Below, in pieces: positions 33,619 to 44,509 of a stretch of DNA of 64,000 nucleotides. Each line of letters starts with the position of its first letter. Within the stretch, counting starts at the first letter, position 1. Under the pieces are notes generated by a model. It was not told where the DNA came from, did no database searches, and saw nothing but the letters and a program-made list of their open reading frames with translations. The stretch spans positions 32,001-96,000 of the forward strand of contig CAVQNT010000005.1 in NCBI GenBank assembly GCA_963714275.1. Direction: 5' to 3'. The position numbers and the translations under genes were made by a program. The stretch is from Candidatus Bathyarchaeota archaeon. GTDB lineage: Archaea > Thermoproteota > Bathyarchaeia > Bathyarchaeales > DTEX01.

Positions 33619-34686
33619 ATGAACAAAAAAGCAATTTACATAGCCTCAACCAAGGAACTTGCAGGAAAAAGCCTCGTAACCGTAGCATTAGCTTCAATTG
33701 CTAAAGACTTGGGTCAGAACGTGGGCTATTTTAAGCCAGTAGGCGTGGAAAGTGCAACGGACGAGAAAGGAGAGCCACTTGACGAAGACGTTGAAACGAT
33801 GAGAACGATTCTGAACATAAAAGACGAAGTAAATTCCGTGTGTCCTCTTGTAATCCGAAAAGACGCGTTCATCGAGCAGTTCACAGATGTTGAAGCTTCT
33901 GAGGTTGTGAAAAAGCTAGAATTGGCTTATAAAACGGTTTCTCGGGGAAAAGAGTTAATCCTGATCGAAGGTCCTCCCACCTTGTCTGTTGGGGCTTTCC
34001 TCGGTTGCCCAGTGCCTAAGTTGGCTGTTGTTTTCGACTCAAAAATCCTTCTTGTTGAAAAGTTTGAGGACGATCTTATAGTTGATGATGTCCTCCAAGC
34101 TCGAGATTACTGCACGAAATGGAAGGCTGAACTATACGGTGTCATTTTGAACCAGGTTCCTTCAGCCAAGATGCTGAAAGCCAGAAACGTCGTTAAACCC
34201 GCCATTGAAAAGAACGGAATAAAAGTCATAGGCATAATTCCTGAAGACAGAACGATTAATGCCCTCACGATCAACGAAATCTATGCAGCAATCGGAGGAA
34301 AAATCCTAGCAGGCAAAGACGGCATGGAAAAAACAGTTTCAACCGTCCTCATAGGCGCGATGACTCCAGAAAGCGCAGTCAGGTACTTCCGGAAAGCCAA
34401 GAACGAACTAGTCATAACTGGAGGAGACAGAACAGACATTATATTCGCTGCTTTAGAGGCAGGCGTTTCCGCTCTTGTCCTTACAGGAAATCTGTATCCC
34501 AGCGTAAAAATTTTTCCACGAGCCGATGAACTAAAGTTACCGATGATTCTTGTGCCATTCGACACGTATAATACTTTACAGATAATTCAAAAAATCGTCG
34601 GACGAATTAAGCCTACAGATAATGTACGGATAAACCGAGCTAGAAAATTAGTTAAAGAAAACGTAGACTGGAAACAAATCCTCTAG
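33619..34686 (+). CDS. Phosphotransacetylase-family protein (BioD-like N-terminus plus DRTGG domain)
   Basis: AGKSLV, GYFKPVG, LVITGGDRTDI, LTGNLYP. Confidence 0.88.
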   Translation: MNKKAIYIASTKELAGKSLVTVALASIAKDLGQNVGYFKPVGVESATDEKGEPLDEDVETMRTILNIKDEVNSVCPLVIRKDAFIEQFTDVEASEVVKKLELAYKTVSRGKELILIEGPPTLSVGAFLGCPVPKLAVVFDSKILLVEKFEDDLIVDDVLQARDYCTKWKAELYGVILNQVPSAKMLKARNVVKPAIEKNGIKVIGIIPEDRTINALTINEIYAAIGGKILAGKDGMEKTVSTVLIGAMTPESAVRYFRKAKNELVITGGDRTDIIFAALEAGVSALVLTGNLYPSVKIFPRADELKLPMILVPFDTYNTLQIIQKIVGRIKPTDNVRINRARKLVKENVDWKQIL

Positions 34687-34736
34687 AACGATTAAAGGTC
34701 GAACTAGTCGCATACAACAAAAAGGGAAGAATCTAT

Positions 34737-36516
34737 ATGCCTTTGAGACAGCCGATTGTTTGCGTCCTTGGACATGTGGACACTGGAAAGACACTTCTGC
34801 TTGACCAAATACGCAAAAGCAGCGTACAAGCGAGGGAAGCCGGTGGAATGACGCAACACATCGGTGCCAGCTTCTTCCCGGTTGAAACACTGAAGGAATT
34901 AGCAGGTCCGCTTCTTCAGAAGTTTGGTGGAGACGTAAAGATTCCAGGTCTTCTAGTGATTGATACGCCTGGACATGAGGCGTTCGCGAATTTGAGGCGT
35001 CGTGGAGGTGGAGTAGCAGACATAGCAGTCTTGGTCATTGACCTTCTGAAGGGGTTTGAGGCTCAGACTCTCGAGTCCATTGAAATTCTGAAGTTAAGGC
35101 GGACGCCCTTTTTGGTAGCAGCGAACAAGGTCGACCGAATCGCAGGATGGATTTCTCAACCCAATTCTTCTTTTTCGGAGTCTTTTAAGAAACAGGACAA
35201 ATTTGTTCAGCAATCTGTGGACGAACATTTGTACACCATTATTGGAAAATTTTCCGAAATGGGGTTCAGAACAGACAGGTTCGACAGAATCACGGATTTT
35301 ACGCGTACCATCGCTATTGTGCCAACAAGCGCCAAGACAGGCGAGGGCATTACCGAATTGGTGGCAGTCCTAACAGGGCTTACACAGCAATTCCTCCAAA
35401 GCAGACTGCAGACAACGAAGGGTCCTGCGAAAGGCACAGTCCTGGAAGTCAAGGAAGAGGTTGGACTAGGCGTTACAGTCAACGCGGTTATCTACGATGG
35501 CGTCCTACGGAAGAACGACACAATCATCTTAGGCGGAAAAAGCGGACCGATCGAAACAACGGTCCGTGCCATTTTATTGCCTAAACCTCTTGATGAGATT
35601 AGGGATCCGAGAGACAGGTTCTCGGTAGTGGACGAGGTTTCCGCAGTCTGCTGGCGTAAAAATTGTTGCGCCCAACCTTAATGAGGCTCTAGCTGGCGCT
35701 CCTCTTTACACTGTTCCCTCAAAAAATAAGTTAGCATCGTACTTTAACGAGGTTTCAGACGAAGTACAAAAAATCCGAGTGTCAACCAACGTTGACGGCG
35801 TAGTTCTAAAAACTGACGCTTTAGGTTCATTGGAAGCGATAGCTGAGAGCCTACAGAATGAGGGCATCCCCATTCGGCTGGCAGACGTAGGCGACATTTC
35901 AAAAAGGGACATCACCGAAGCTGCCGCTGTAAAAGAAAGTGAACCCCTTTACGCCGCGGTCTTAGGCTTTAACGTGAAAATTCTTCAGGACGCAGAGGAA
36001 GAAGCTGAAAATCGGAAGGTCCCAATTTTTCGAGAGGTCATAATCTACCATTTAATCGACGAGTACCTGAAATGGATGCGAGTAGAAAAAGAAGCCCGCG
36101 AAAAACACGAGTTTGAAAGGCTTATAGCACCAGCCAAAATCAAGGTCCTGCCAGGCTATGTATTCAGGAAAGCAAAACCAGCCATAGTCGGAGTAGAAAT
36201 TCTTGCCGGAAAAATTAAGCCCAAGGTACGATTGGTCACGGTCGAAGGGAAAGAGGTAGGTGAGATACTTCAAATCCAAGAAAAAGGCGAAGCCATTTCC
36301 TCAGCTGAAGCTGGGAAACAGGTTGCTGTCTCTATCGATAAACCTGTAGTGGGTCGTCAATTTAACGAAGGAGACACGCTTTACGTTGGAGTGCCAGAGG
36401 AACACGCGAGTAGGTTACAGAAGAAATTCCAGGACCGACTGGATCCAGCTGAATTGGAATGCCTTAACGAATTAATCGAAATAATGCGGAAGGCGACGCC
36501 TTTCTGGGGCGCTTAA
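34737..36516 (+). CDS. infB: Translation initiation factor aIF5B (IF-2); frameshift ~35647
   Basis: LRQPIVCVLGHVDTGKT, DTPGHEAF, NKVD, LGSLEAI. Confidence 0.96.
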
Positions 36517-38055
36517 CAATAAACCTTTAGACACTTCGTTTTAACTATTTCCACTTTCCCAGTCTCTATGATTTTCCGAAATATTTCAGTACTCTTTCTC
36601 AGTGTCCTCTTCTTTGTTTTGAGGTCAACAGCGTAAAGGCCAAATTTCATGCTGAATCCTTTTGCCCACTCATAATTGTCGATTAGTGACCAGTAAAAGT
36701 ATCCTCGCAGATCAATTTTTTCTTCGTTTATGGCTTTTTCTAACATTTCTAGGTGATCCACAAGGAACTGTCGTCTAAGCGTGTCTTCAGCGTCAGCTAT
36801 ACCATTTTCAGTTATATACATTGGTTTTCCGTATGCTTTCATCTTAGTCAAGGCTTCCAGTATTCCCTGCGGATAAATTTCAGACCCAAAGTCAGACGTT
36901 GGCAGCCCATCGTGAGACTTGCTTCTTGGTTCACAGGCAAAGCCATACCCTCTCTGCAAATCTGGCAACACTGGCATTCCAGTCGCCAACCTTACAAGAA
37001 GTGATTTTTTGCCCCTGACCACAAGACGTGTATAGTAGTTCACGCCGATCCAGTCCACCTTGTTTCTCATGTATGCCTTTGCTTCCTTCTGCTTTCCTCC
37101 AAAATCAAATTCTAGTACGCCCTTCGTCACAGATTGAACGAAGTAGTTGTTGTGCATGAAATCCATGACCTCGGCTGCTTTGAGGTCGTCTTCCTTGTCA
37201 GTCAGCGGTTTCATGGGAATGACATTTTGTATTAACCCAACATTGGCTGCAACTGAGCTGTCATCGTCAGCTTTGATGGTGTCCACCCTCTTCACCGCAT
37301 CGAACGCACGTGCATGCGCTAACGCCAAATGAACAACAGCCTTCTTGTATGCCCCAAAATTTCTAGTTGCGGGCGGAAAACCTGACTCTTTCATGAGATA
37401 ACAGGCTTCAGGCACAACCGCAGGTTCATTGAATGTTGCCCAGTTGTCCACGACGTCGCCTAGTTTCCAAGCAGCGTAAGCCGCATATTTAGTGAATTCA
37501 ACCACGGAAGTCTCATCTATCCAACCTTTCGGACCTTTTCTAAGATTAATGTCGCGAGCAACTATGGGATCATGAATCCAAAGAGGAAGCGTAAAATGGT
37601 TGAGGCAGACGAAAACCTTGAAACCTTTTTGTCTTAGGTCCCCAATTATGTCTCTATAATGGTCTAATGCCTTATTATCCGCGACCTTTTCGAGCCTTTG
37701 AAGAGTTCCTTCATTTATGTTAATGTCTGCGATGTTGCCATCAGAAGCCCTTTCAACGCCCACTTCAATGCTCGTTGTGCTTTTAGGAAAAATTCGGCTC
37801 CATTCCACTCCTATCCTGAAAGCGTTGAACCCAAGTTCCTTAGCTGATGTCGTGGTCTTGCTTGTACATGTGCCAGTAGTCCACGCCATCCTCGGGAAAG
37901 TCTCCGTTGACTATTCCTTTCTGAATGTTCTGTTTGTCATGCACCCATGCATACCAATCTGTGTTGGGGTCCAGACCGTATTTTGCAGAGTCGCCCATCT
38001 CAAACTGGAACCCGCTTGTTGACGCACCCCACAGAAATTTTTCAGGAAAAACCAT
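36513..38055 (-). CDS. Glycoside hydrolase family 1 (archaeal beta-glycosidase); frameshift ~37846
   Basis: [23 protein letters not shown] acid/base, ITENG nucleophile, DNYEWAKG. Confidence 0.93.
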
Positions 38056-38257
38056 TTACACCATCTTCTACAAAAGCATTAAAAAATATTACTAAATATT
38101 TGTGTCAACCTCGTCAATTCATTAACAATAATTCATCTTTTTGGCTTAAATTATTCGCTTAATGGATGTGTCACCGATAGCTGAGCTAGCTAAAATGTTG
38201 AAACCCAGAAAACCTTATGTTAGCGTTAAAACTTAGTAAAAAAAGAAGCCTTTTAGT

Positions 38258-38540
38258 TTATTCTCTTCTTCGCCAGTATATTAGGAATACGACTGCGGAA
38301 GCGGCAGCTCCAGCTGCAGCAACAATGAATAAAAGGTATTGCGTCACGAACATTATTATGATGTTCAGCCACGTGTTGTTCACGATGAACTGTCCAGACG
38401 TACTGGTTGATGGCAGGTAAACGCTATCGCCTGCGAGCCTAGCGCGCGCTAAGACCCTCATGTCTTGTTTCCTGTGCAAGTGCTGTCCATCCGTAAATAA
38501 GTCAAGGACGATGTTGTCTAATTCGAAGACGATTGCTGAT
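38258..38540 (-). pseudogene. C-terminal fragment of a membrane-anchored surface protein
   Basis: Ig-like AGDSVYLPS segment, hydrophobic TM helix and WRRRE tail; no convincing start codon. Confidence 0.45.
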
Positions 38541-38722
38541 GGCTAAAATAGTTATTAACGAACCATCTGAATCAAAAGATAGTCAGAAATCCACATGATA
38601 AAAAATCATTATTACTGAAAAAGATATTAAAATTAAAAAAAATGGATAAAGAATCAGCCAAAGCTGATGACCAAGTCTATCCACCGAAAGCCGTAGTCTA
38701 TTACTGGATTTCTGTATTGTTT

Positions 38723-38990
38723 TTAGCTACTGGCGGACGATCTTTTAGATACCGCTCCAACGCTAAACGTGAAGCCACAGTTGTCACATCCGATTGTGTA
38801 GCGGCCCGCTTGCTTTAGTCTTCTAGAGCGGCACTTCGGACAGCTGAAGCTTAGTTGTTAGCTCTTCGACTGACTCTTCTGTGGCAAAAAACAATGTGGG
38901 AGATTTGAAGGCTTTCATGGCAATATATAGGATTATCACTACAGCAACGGCAGCGAATATTAGTATCGCATAGGTTATAGGGTCGTTGAT
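38723..38990 (-). CDS. Putative membrane-anchored zinc-ribbon protein downstream of ftsZ; frameshift ~38846, start codon uncertain
   Basis: NDPITYAILIFAAVAVVIILYIAMK (TM), then SCPKCRSRR...GCDNCGFTF; AGGAGA ribosome-binding site before an ATC codon. Confidence 0.6.
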
Positions 38991-39022
38991 ATTACCTGTC
39001 TCCTAAACGCTTTACCATTCAT

Positions 39023-40105
39023 TTATTCGCTGAAAAGCTTCCCGAAGAATCCTTTCTTAGGTGCCTCTTGCTTGACCACATCGACCTGTTGTCCTACTCC
39101 AGTAGGACCTTCTAACACCCCAAAGGGCGAAAGATTTCCTACGAGGAACGGACTTTCGACTCCTGCCAAGACCACTGTTGCACGCATGCTGCCTTGCCTT
39201 TGGCTGTTAACTCTAGCGCCCCATGACACTTTTGCAGTTGGAGAGATCCTGCTTATGACGATTTCTCCAGCTCTGTTGACGTCTTCTAGGGTCATGTCGT
39301 CGCCGCCTTCAATGTGGATCAGAGCGCCCTCAGATTTCTTGATGTCGCCTATGTCGAGTAATTGTGCGTCTAGTGCTCTTTCAACAGCGTCTTCTACCAT
39401 GGTGTCTCCTTGTCCTTCGCCAACACCCATCGCGCATACTCCGCTTCCCATCATAATCGCTTTCAAGTCAGCGAAGTCGAGGTTCACGAGGCTTGGGGTA
39501 GCTATGGTTTCAGCAGTGTTCTTTATGAAGGTTGCAATCAGTTCGTTGGCAACCGCGAAAGCTTCTGTAAGTGGCAGGTTACCAGCGACTTTTCTGAGTC
39601 TGTTGTTGTCAATCACGATAACTGCGTCGCATACTTCAACTAGCCTTTTTAGACCTTCCTTTGCCTTCAAGAGCCTTGCTCTTTCAACAGCGAAGGGCGT
39701 TGTGATTACTGCTAGTGTCAGAGCACCCATTTCCTTTGCTAGTTTTGCCACTACCGGAGATGCGCCTGTTCCTGTTCCACCGCCGAGACCAGCTGTTATG
39801 AAGACTAGTCCAGCGCCGGACAATAGTTTCTCGATTTCTTCGACGGTTTCTTCAGCAGCCTTTGCACCTTGCTCTGGGAAACCTCCGGCTCCGAGACCAC
39901 CTGTGACTTTGTATCCGAGGAGTATTCTTTGGTCAGCCTTTGTTATGCTTAGGTGTTGTGCGTCGGTGTTCATTCCGTAGATCCTTGCGCCTGAGACTTC
40001 TTTGTTTTTCATCCAAGATACGATGTTGCATCCAGCTCCACCGAGTCCTATTACAGCAATCTGTGGGATAGCTTCTCTGGCTATTTCTTCGATACTTCGT
40101 TCCAT
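39023..40105 (-). CDS. ftsZ: Cell division protein FtsZ
   Basis: GLGGAGCN, NTDAQHL, GGGTGTG tubulin signature, T7 loop NLDFAD. Confidence 0.95.
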   Translation of the reverse strand: MERSIEEIAREAIPQIAVIGLGGAGCNIVSWMKNKEVSGARIYGMNTDAQHLSITKADQRILLGYKVTGGLGAGGFPEQGAKAAEETVEEIEKLLSGAGLVFITAGLGGGTGTGASPVVAKLAKEMGALTLAVITTPFAVERARLLKAKEGLKRLVEVCDAVIVIDNNRLRKVAGNLPLTEAFAVANELIATFIKNTAETIATPSLVNLDFADLKAIMMGSGVCAMGVGEGQGDTMVEDAVERALDAQLLDIGDIKKSEGALIHIEGGDDMTLEDVNRAGEIVISRISPTAKVSWGARVNSQRQGSMRATVVLAGVESPFLVGNLSPFGVLEGPTGVGQQVDVVKQEAPKKGFFGKLFSE

Positions 40106-40270
40106 ATTTTCTGTCTCCTTTTATAAATTTTCTTTTTTCTGAAAGTTCGATTTTTAATTATTCAACCGTGGATATAAAGCTTTCCAAGAGTTAATAAAAT
40201 TTACTGACAGATGAAATAGAATAATAAACTATATTACAACACTAGAGTAATAATAAATATCATTAAAATA

Positions 40271-40296
40271 TAACCTTAGAACTAATCTTAAGGTTA
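40271..40296. promoter_or_regulatory. Inverted repeat in the divergent ftsZ/RHH promoter region (candidate operator)
   Basis: TAACCTTA-N10-TAAGGTTA, with AATATCATT direct repeats on either side. Confidence 0.4.
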
Positions 40297-40374
40297 CATG
40301 AATATCATTCAAAAGTTAATTTATCAATAACTTTTATATACTAAAAAGGCTAAATCTTCGCTGAGGAATTTGCC

Positions 40375-40566
40375 TTGGCCGAGCAAGGAATAGAAACGAA
40401 AGATTACGATGAGATCGTCGTGAAGCTTGCCGTATCAAAAGACTACCTTAGAAAGCTCGAACTGTTAATAAACGTAAAAAGAATATTCTCAAGTAGGGCT
40501 GAGGCTTTAAGACGGTCATTAGAGCTACTATTTGACAAGTACCAAGACGCTTTGAAAGAAAACTAA
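40375..40566 (+). CDS. Ribbon-helix-helix protein (CopG/CdrS-like)
   Basis: VVKLAVS beta strand, then ..LELL...FSSRAEALRRSL RHH pattern. Confidence 0.75.
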   Translation: MAEQGIETKDYDEIVVKLAVSKDYLRKLELLINVKRIFSSRAEALRRSLELLFDKYQDALKEN

Positions 40567-40734
40567 TAAAGACTTCACTCTACAGCATCACAAAATCTTC
40601 GTTCAATCGCCCAACCATTTTATATTTTCTATTCTGTAGCGATCAGCATTTATCTTAATGATACAACTCGCCCGAAAGAAAAGAAAATAATGGATAAAAT
40701 GTACGCGACGAGAATAATTGTTGCAATTACAATT

Positions 40735-41370
40735 TTAACCCATTCTAATGTTATCAAGTTTAGGTGTTAAGGCATCTGGAAAAGGCAGCATGAACCAAGT
40801 ATTAGATTTATAGTTTAGGTATGCTTCACCAAGTTTTTTTGTTAAGCCTTGTTCTTTAAAGTAAGCCATCAAAACGTAAGCATATGTCATTGTTCCCCAC
40901 GAAATCAATGATATCGGTCTCGCAGTCCTTAACGAAACTCCGAGAATTAATACAATTATGCCAAGATATTGCGGATGCCTAAAGATTCTATATAGTCCTT
41001 TCGTTAACAGAGCGCTACGATCTTCAACCCACAAAGCGAAGCTCCAAGAAAATATGGCTGTGCCAATCAACATTAGAATCACGGAAACTGCGATCCAAAA
41101 CGTGACTAATGGTTGTTTTATGAGGTCAGCATATAGGTATGTGAGGAAGTATAACGAACTCCCTCTACCAAATGGGTCGGATGTGTCCCGTAAAAATGGC
41201 CAAGGCAGTGTCATGACGTAATGTAGGCCTAACGGGAAAAACATAATGTATAATAGCGGATTTACGAGAATCCATATAGAAGGAATGGTTGTGAAGTAAA
41301 AATTTATTAGCATGGACGCTTCACGAATCCGCTTCCTTAGCATGCTCATTCGGTTTCCCGCCTTCATCAC
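40735..41370 (-). CDS. Isoprenylcysteine carboxyl/phospholipid methyltransferase family membrane protein
   Basis: LLTKGLYRIFRHPQYLG, and E..L..K.GEAY..YK. Confidence 0.75.
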   Translation of the reverse strand: MMKAGNRMSMLRKRIREASMLINFYFTTIPSIWILVNPLLYIMFFPLGLHYVMTLPWPFLRDTSDPFGRGSSLYFLTYLYADLIKQPLVTFWIAVSVILMLIGTAIFSWSFALWVEDRSALLTKGLYRIFRHPQYLGIIVLILGVSLRTARPISLISWGTMTYAYVLMAYFKEQGLTKKLGEAYLNYKSNTWFMLPFPDALTPKLDNIRMG

Positions 41371-41472
41371 GTAAAATCAATAAATATTCAAAATCATATA
41401 ATGATACATCGAATAAATTATTTAGGATTATTTAACCACATTTACCAAATTGACGAAACATTGTTTAAAACT

Positions 41473-42267
41473 TTACACAAATTTTCTAATATAATTCAAA
41501 GCATATTTCAATGAGCCATCAATGTCCGTTGCAAGTTCAAATTCCATGACCATATATCCATCGTAACCAATTTTTTTTAACGCATCAATAAACTTCTTAA
41601 AGTTTATGATTCCCTTACCTGGAGTTAATCTATCATTGTCTGAAAGATGAACGTAAGCCAACCTTTCACCAGCTATTAAAACGGTTTCTTTGAGAGAGTC
41701 GTTTTCAGCGTGAATATGGAAAATATCAGCCATTACAAGAATGTTGTTTTCACTGACTTCATCGAGCATACGCAACGCATCAGCCATCGTGTTAACTAAC
41801 TGGGCATTCTTTTTACAGGCAAATTCTACAACGAAAACTGTTCCATACTGCCTGCATAGACGACTGATTTGTTTAAGGCTTTTCACAGCTTGGTTCCATG
41901 TGTCATCGTATGGGGCTTCCAGTTTTGAGCCTTGAAAAGCCCATCCCGCTTGAATGATGTTGCAGTTTAGCTCGTTAGCAATGTTCATACACTCAGTCAT
42001 GTAGGCAAATGCCCTTTTTCGGACACCCAAACTAGGAGAAGCAAGGTAAAGACCGTGCGTAACATTCAAATGCCTCGTACCTATCGCAGCCACTTTCACG
42101 CCAGTTTTTTGTAACGAATTTTTTATTAAATCCGTGTTCAATTTAGACGGCCATTCCTTAAAGTTGAGTTCAATGCCCTGATAACCTAGAACCGAGGCTT
42201 TCTCGACAATTCGGTGATACGGTAAACCAGAGTTTTCGTACATGACTGTGCTGAAACCTAACAACAA
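41473..42267 (-). CDS. Sugar phosphate isomerase/epimerase (TIM barrel)
   Basis: GYQGIEL, ADIFH, YVHLSDNDRLTPGKG, GYDGYMVME. Confidence 0.85.
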   Translation of the reverse strand: MLLGFSTVMYENSGLPYHRIVEKASVLGYQGIELNFKEWPSKLNTDLIKNSLQKTGVKVAAIGTRHLNVTHGLYLASPSLGVRKRAFAYMTECMNIANELNCNIIQAGWAFQGSKLEAPYDDTWNQAVKSLKQISRLCRQYGTVFVVEFACKKNAQLVNTMADALRMLDEVSENNILVMADIFHIHAENDSLKETVLIAGERLAYVHLSDNDRLTPGKGIINFKKFIDALKKIGYDGYMVMEFELATDIDGSLKYALNYIRKFV

Positions 42268-42407
42268 ACTTGGCGCACCTTTTTTTACGGTCTAACCTAT
42301 TTTTAGTGTCTAAGTAATAAACTTGATTAGAATATGAAAATAAAAAAAGGGGGCTCAAAGTATTTTATACTTTTACGACCCGATTTGAATATTCGCTAGT
42401 TTATTTG

Positions 42408-43800
42408 CTATATCATTTTTTTAAGTTCGTCCAACCATGGGTACAGTTTCTTGAGTCTCTGCATTGCTTCTGCCACTTTTTCTTGAGGATACTCGTAGGG
42501 TTGAAGTTTGCCATTTAGGTAATCATCATACGCTTGCATGTCGAAATACCCGTGTCCACACAGCAAGAACAGAATAGTCTTCTTTTCTCCGGTTTTCTTA
42601 CACCTCAAAGCTTCGTCGATGGCGCCCTTGATAGCGTGAGCAGGTTCAGGAGCCGGAATTATGCCTTCACTTTGTATGAAGATTTTAGCCGCATCGAACA
42701 CTTCAACTTGGTTGTACGCCCGTGACTCCATCTTCTTTTCCGAGACCAGTCGACTTATTGTAGGAGCAATTCCGTGGTAGCGTAAGCCTCCTGCGTGAAT
42801 TGGGGCAGGAATGAAATCGTGGCCGATAGTGTGCATTGGGACCAAAGGCGTCAGTCTCGCAGTGTCTCCGTGGTCAAATGTGTATTCTCCTTTTGTCACT
42901 TTTGGGCAAGCTGTGGCTTCGATGGCTATGAACTTGACGTCTTTCGGCGCTTTTCCAGTAACTTTATCATAGTAGAAGGGCCAGAAGAGTCCTGAGAAAC
43001 TGCTTCCGCCACCTATACAGCCAAATATTGTGTCCGGGTAATCGTCCACGGATTCTAGTTGCTTCTTGGTCTCTAATCCGATTACTGTCTGGTGTATGAG
43101 AACATGGTTGAAAACGCTGCCTATGCCGTACTTGACACCTTCTTTTTTTAGGGCATCCTCGACAACTTCGCTTATGGCGATTCCTAAGCTTCCCGGACTG
43201 TTTGGGTCTTCTTTGAGGATTTTTCTTCCGCTTTCTGTTTTGTCACTTGGGCTCGCGTAGACGTTTGCTCCATAGGATTCCATCATTATTCTTCGGTATG
43301 GCTTTTGGTTGTAGCTCGACTTTGACCATGTAAACTGTGCACTTTATTCCATACATCATACAACCGAAGGCTAAGGCAGAACCCCATTGACCAGCACCAG
43401 TTTCGGTGGACATGCGTTCCGTTCCTTCCTTCATGTTGTAGTAGGCTTGAGGGATAGCAGTGTTAGGTTTGTGGCTTCCCGTGGGACTGACTCCTTCGTA
43501 CTTGTAGTAGATTTTCGCAGGCGTCTTCAAAGCCCTCTCAAGTCCCAAAGCCCTGAAAACAGGCGTGGGTCTCCAAAGATTATAGATGTCTCTCACTTCA
43601 TCGGGAATGTCAATCCACCTGTCCTTACTCATTTCCTGAGCGAGGATGGCCTTCGGGAAAATCAGGGGAATAATTCCCGGTCCAGGCGCCCGTTTGTCTG
43701 GTTCTATGGATGGAGGTAAAGGTTTTGGCAGGTCAGGAAGAATGCTGTACCATTGTTTGGGTAGTTCTTCTTCGTCTAGCAATATTTTTCTTTGTTGCAC
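42408..43800 (-). CDS. trpB2: Stand-alone tryptophan synthase beta type 2 (TrpB2); frameshift ~43316
   Basis: [14 protein letters not shown] lysine, [26 protein letters not shown]. Confidence 0.93.
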
Positions 43801-44070
43801 TTTTGTTCACCATTGTTTTATTCGTTATGAATCTTTTGCACACATTCGTCATATTTAAATCTTACGAGTACACTTCTGTTCATAACAAAAACCATAAAAA
43901 CAGCCATCACAGAAACCTTGAATAAAAGAAATAATCTAAACAAACAAATATTAAGCGCATTTCTATAAAAAAATCTATACACAATAGAAACTAACACAAA
44001 TCAATGAACAAATGGCCTAAAACAACTGAATAAACGTGCCTTAAAATGGTTGTTTTTCACAGTGCTCTGG

Positions 44071-44114
44071 TATTGTCACACAAACGGAAAACTCGAATGT
44101 TTCACAAAACAGAC
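44071..44114. repeat. Second copy of the TATTGTCACACAAACGGAAAA...CACAAAACAGAC element
   Basis: 21-bp identity plus a downstream CACAAAACAGAC shared with 21064-21107. Confidence 0.75.
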
Positions 44115-44183
44115 CAGTCAGAAAGCGTAGTTAAACCATCGCGCCTTATAAAATAAATTCTATATTGATTATAAAAATCATCG

Positions 44184-44277
44184 TGGTGCGGCCGCCGAGA
44201 TTTGAACCCGGGTTGTCGGCTGTCCTCTCTTCAGCAAATGGGAGGCCGGCGTCCTAACCAAACTAGACTACGGCCGC
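44184..44277 (-). tRNA. tRNA-Gly(CCC) with a 17-nt canonical intron (44222-44238); CCA encoded
   Basis: GCGGCCG acceptor stem, CCGGC-CT-CCC-A|intron|A-GCCGA anticodon arm, GGTTCAAAT T-loop, ends ACCA. Confidence 0.92.
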
Positions 44278-44509
44278 TGTCGTTGTTAATTTTGTGGGTT
44301 GATTTAAATCTCTTGTGTGCGTGTAGCATATGAGACACGATTATGTTTATACTTTTTCTTCATATTTTTTCAAACAAGGTTAATGTTTACAGGCACGCAA
44401 TGGATTAATTGTTCATTACACATAAATACACCCGCAATTCAGAGAATAATAAATAGATTCATTGTGGTTCTAATTCAAGTTAAAAGAGAGAAGTGAAAGG
44501 AACTTTTAT

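Noticed and set aside
39072-39980. 302-aa plus-strand ORF and similar long antisense ORFs (e.g. 5614-6036, 11094-11540, 16593-17093)
   Set aside because: Antisense shadows of well-supported genes, with no recognisable motifs
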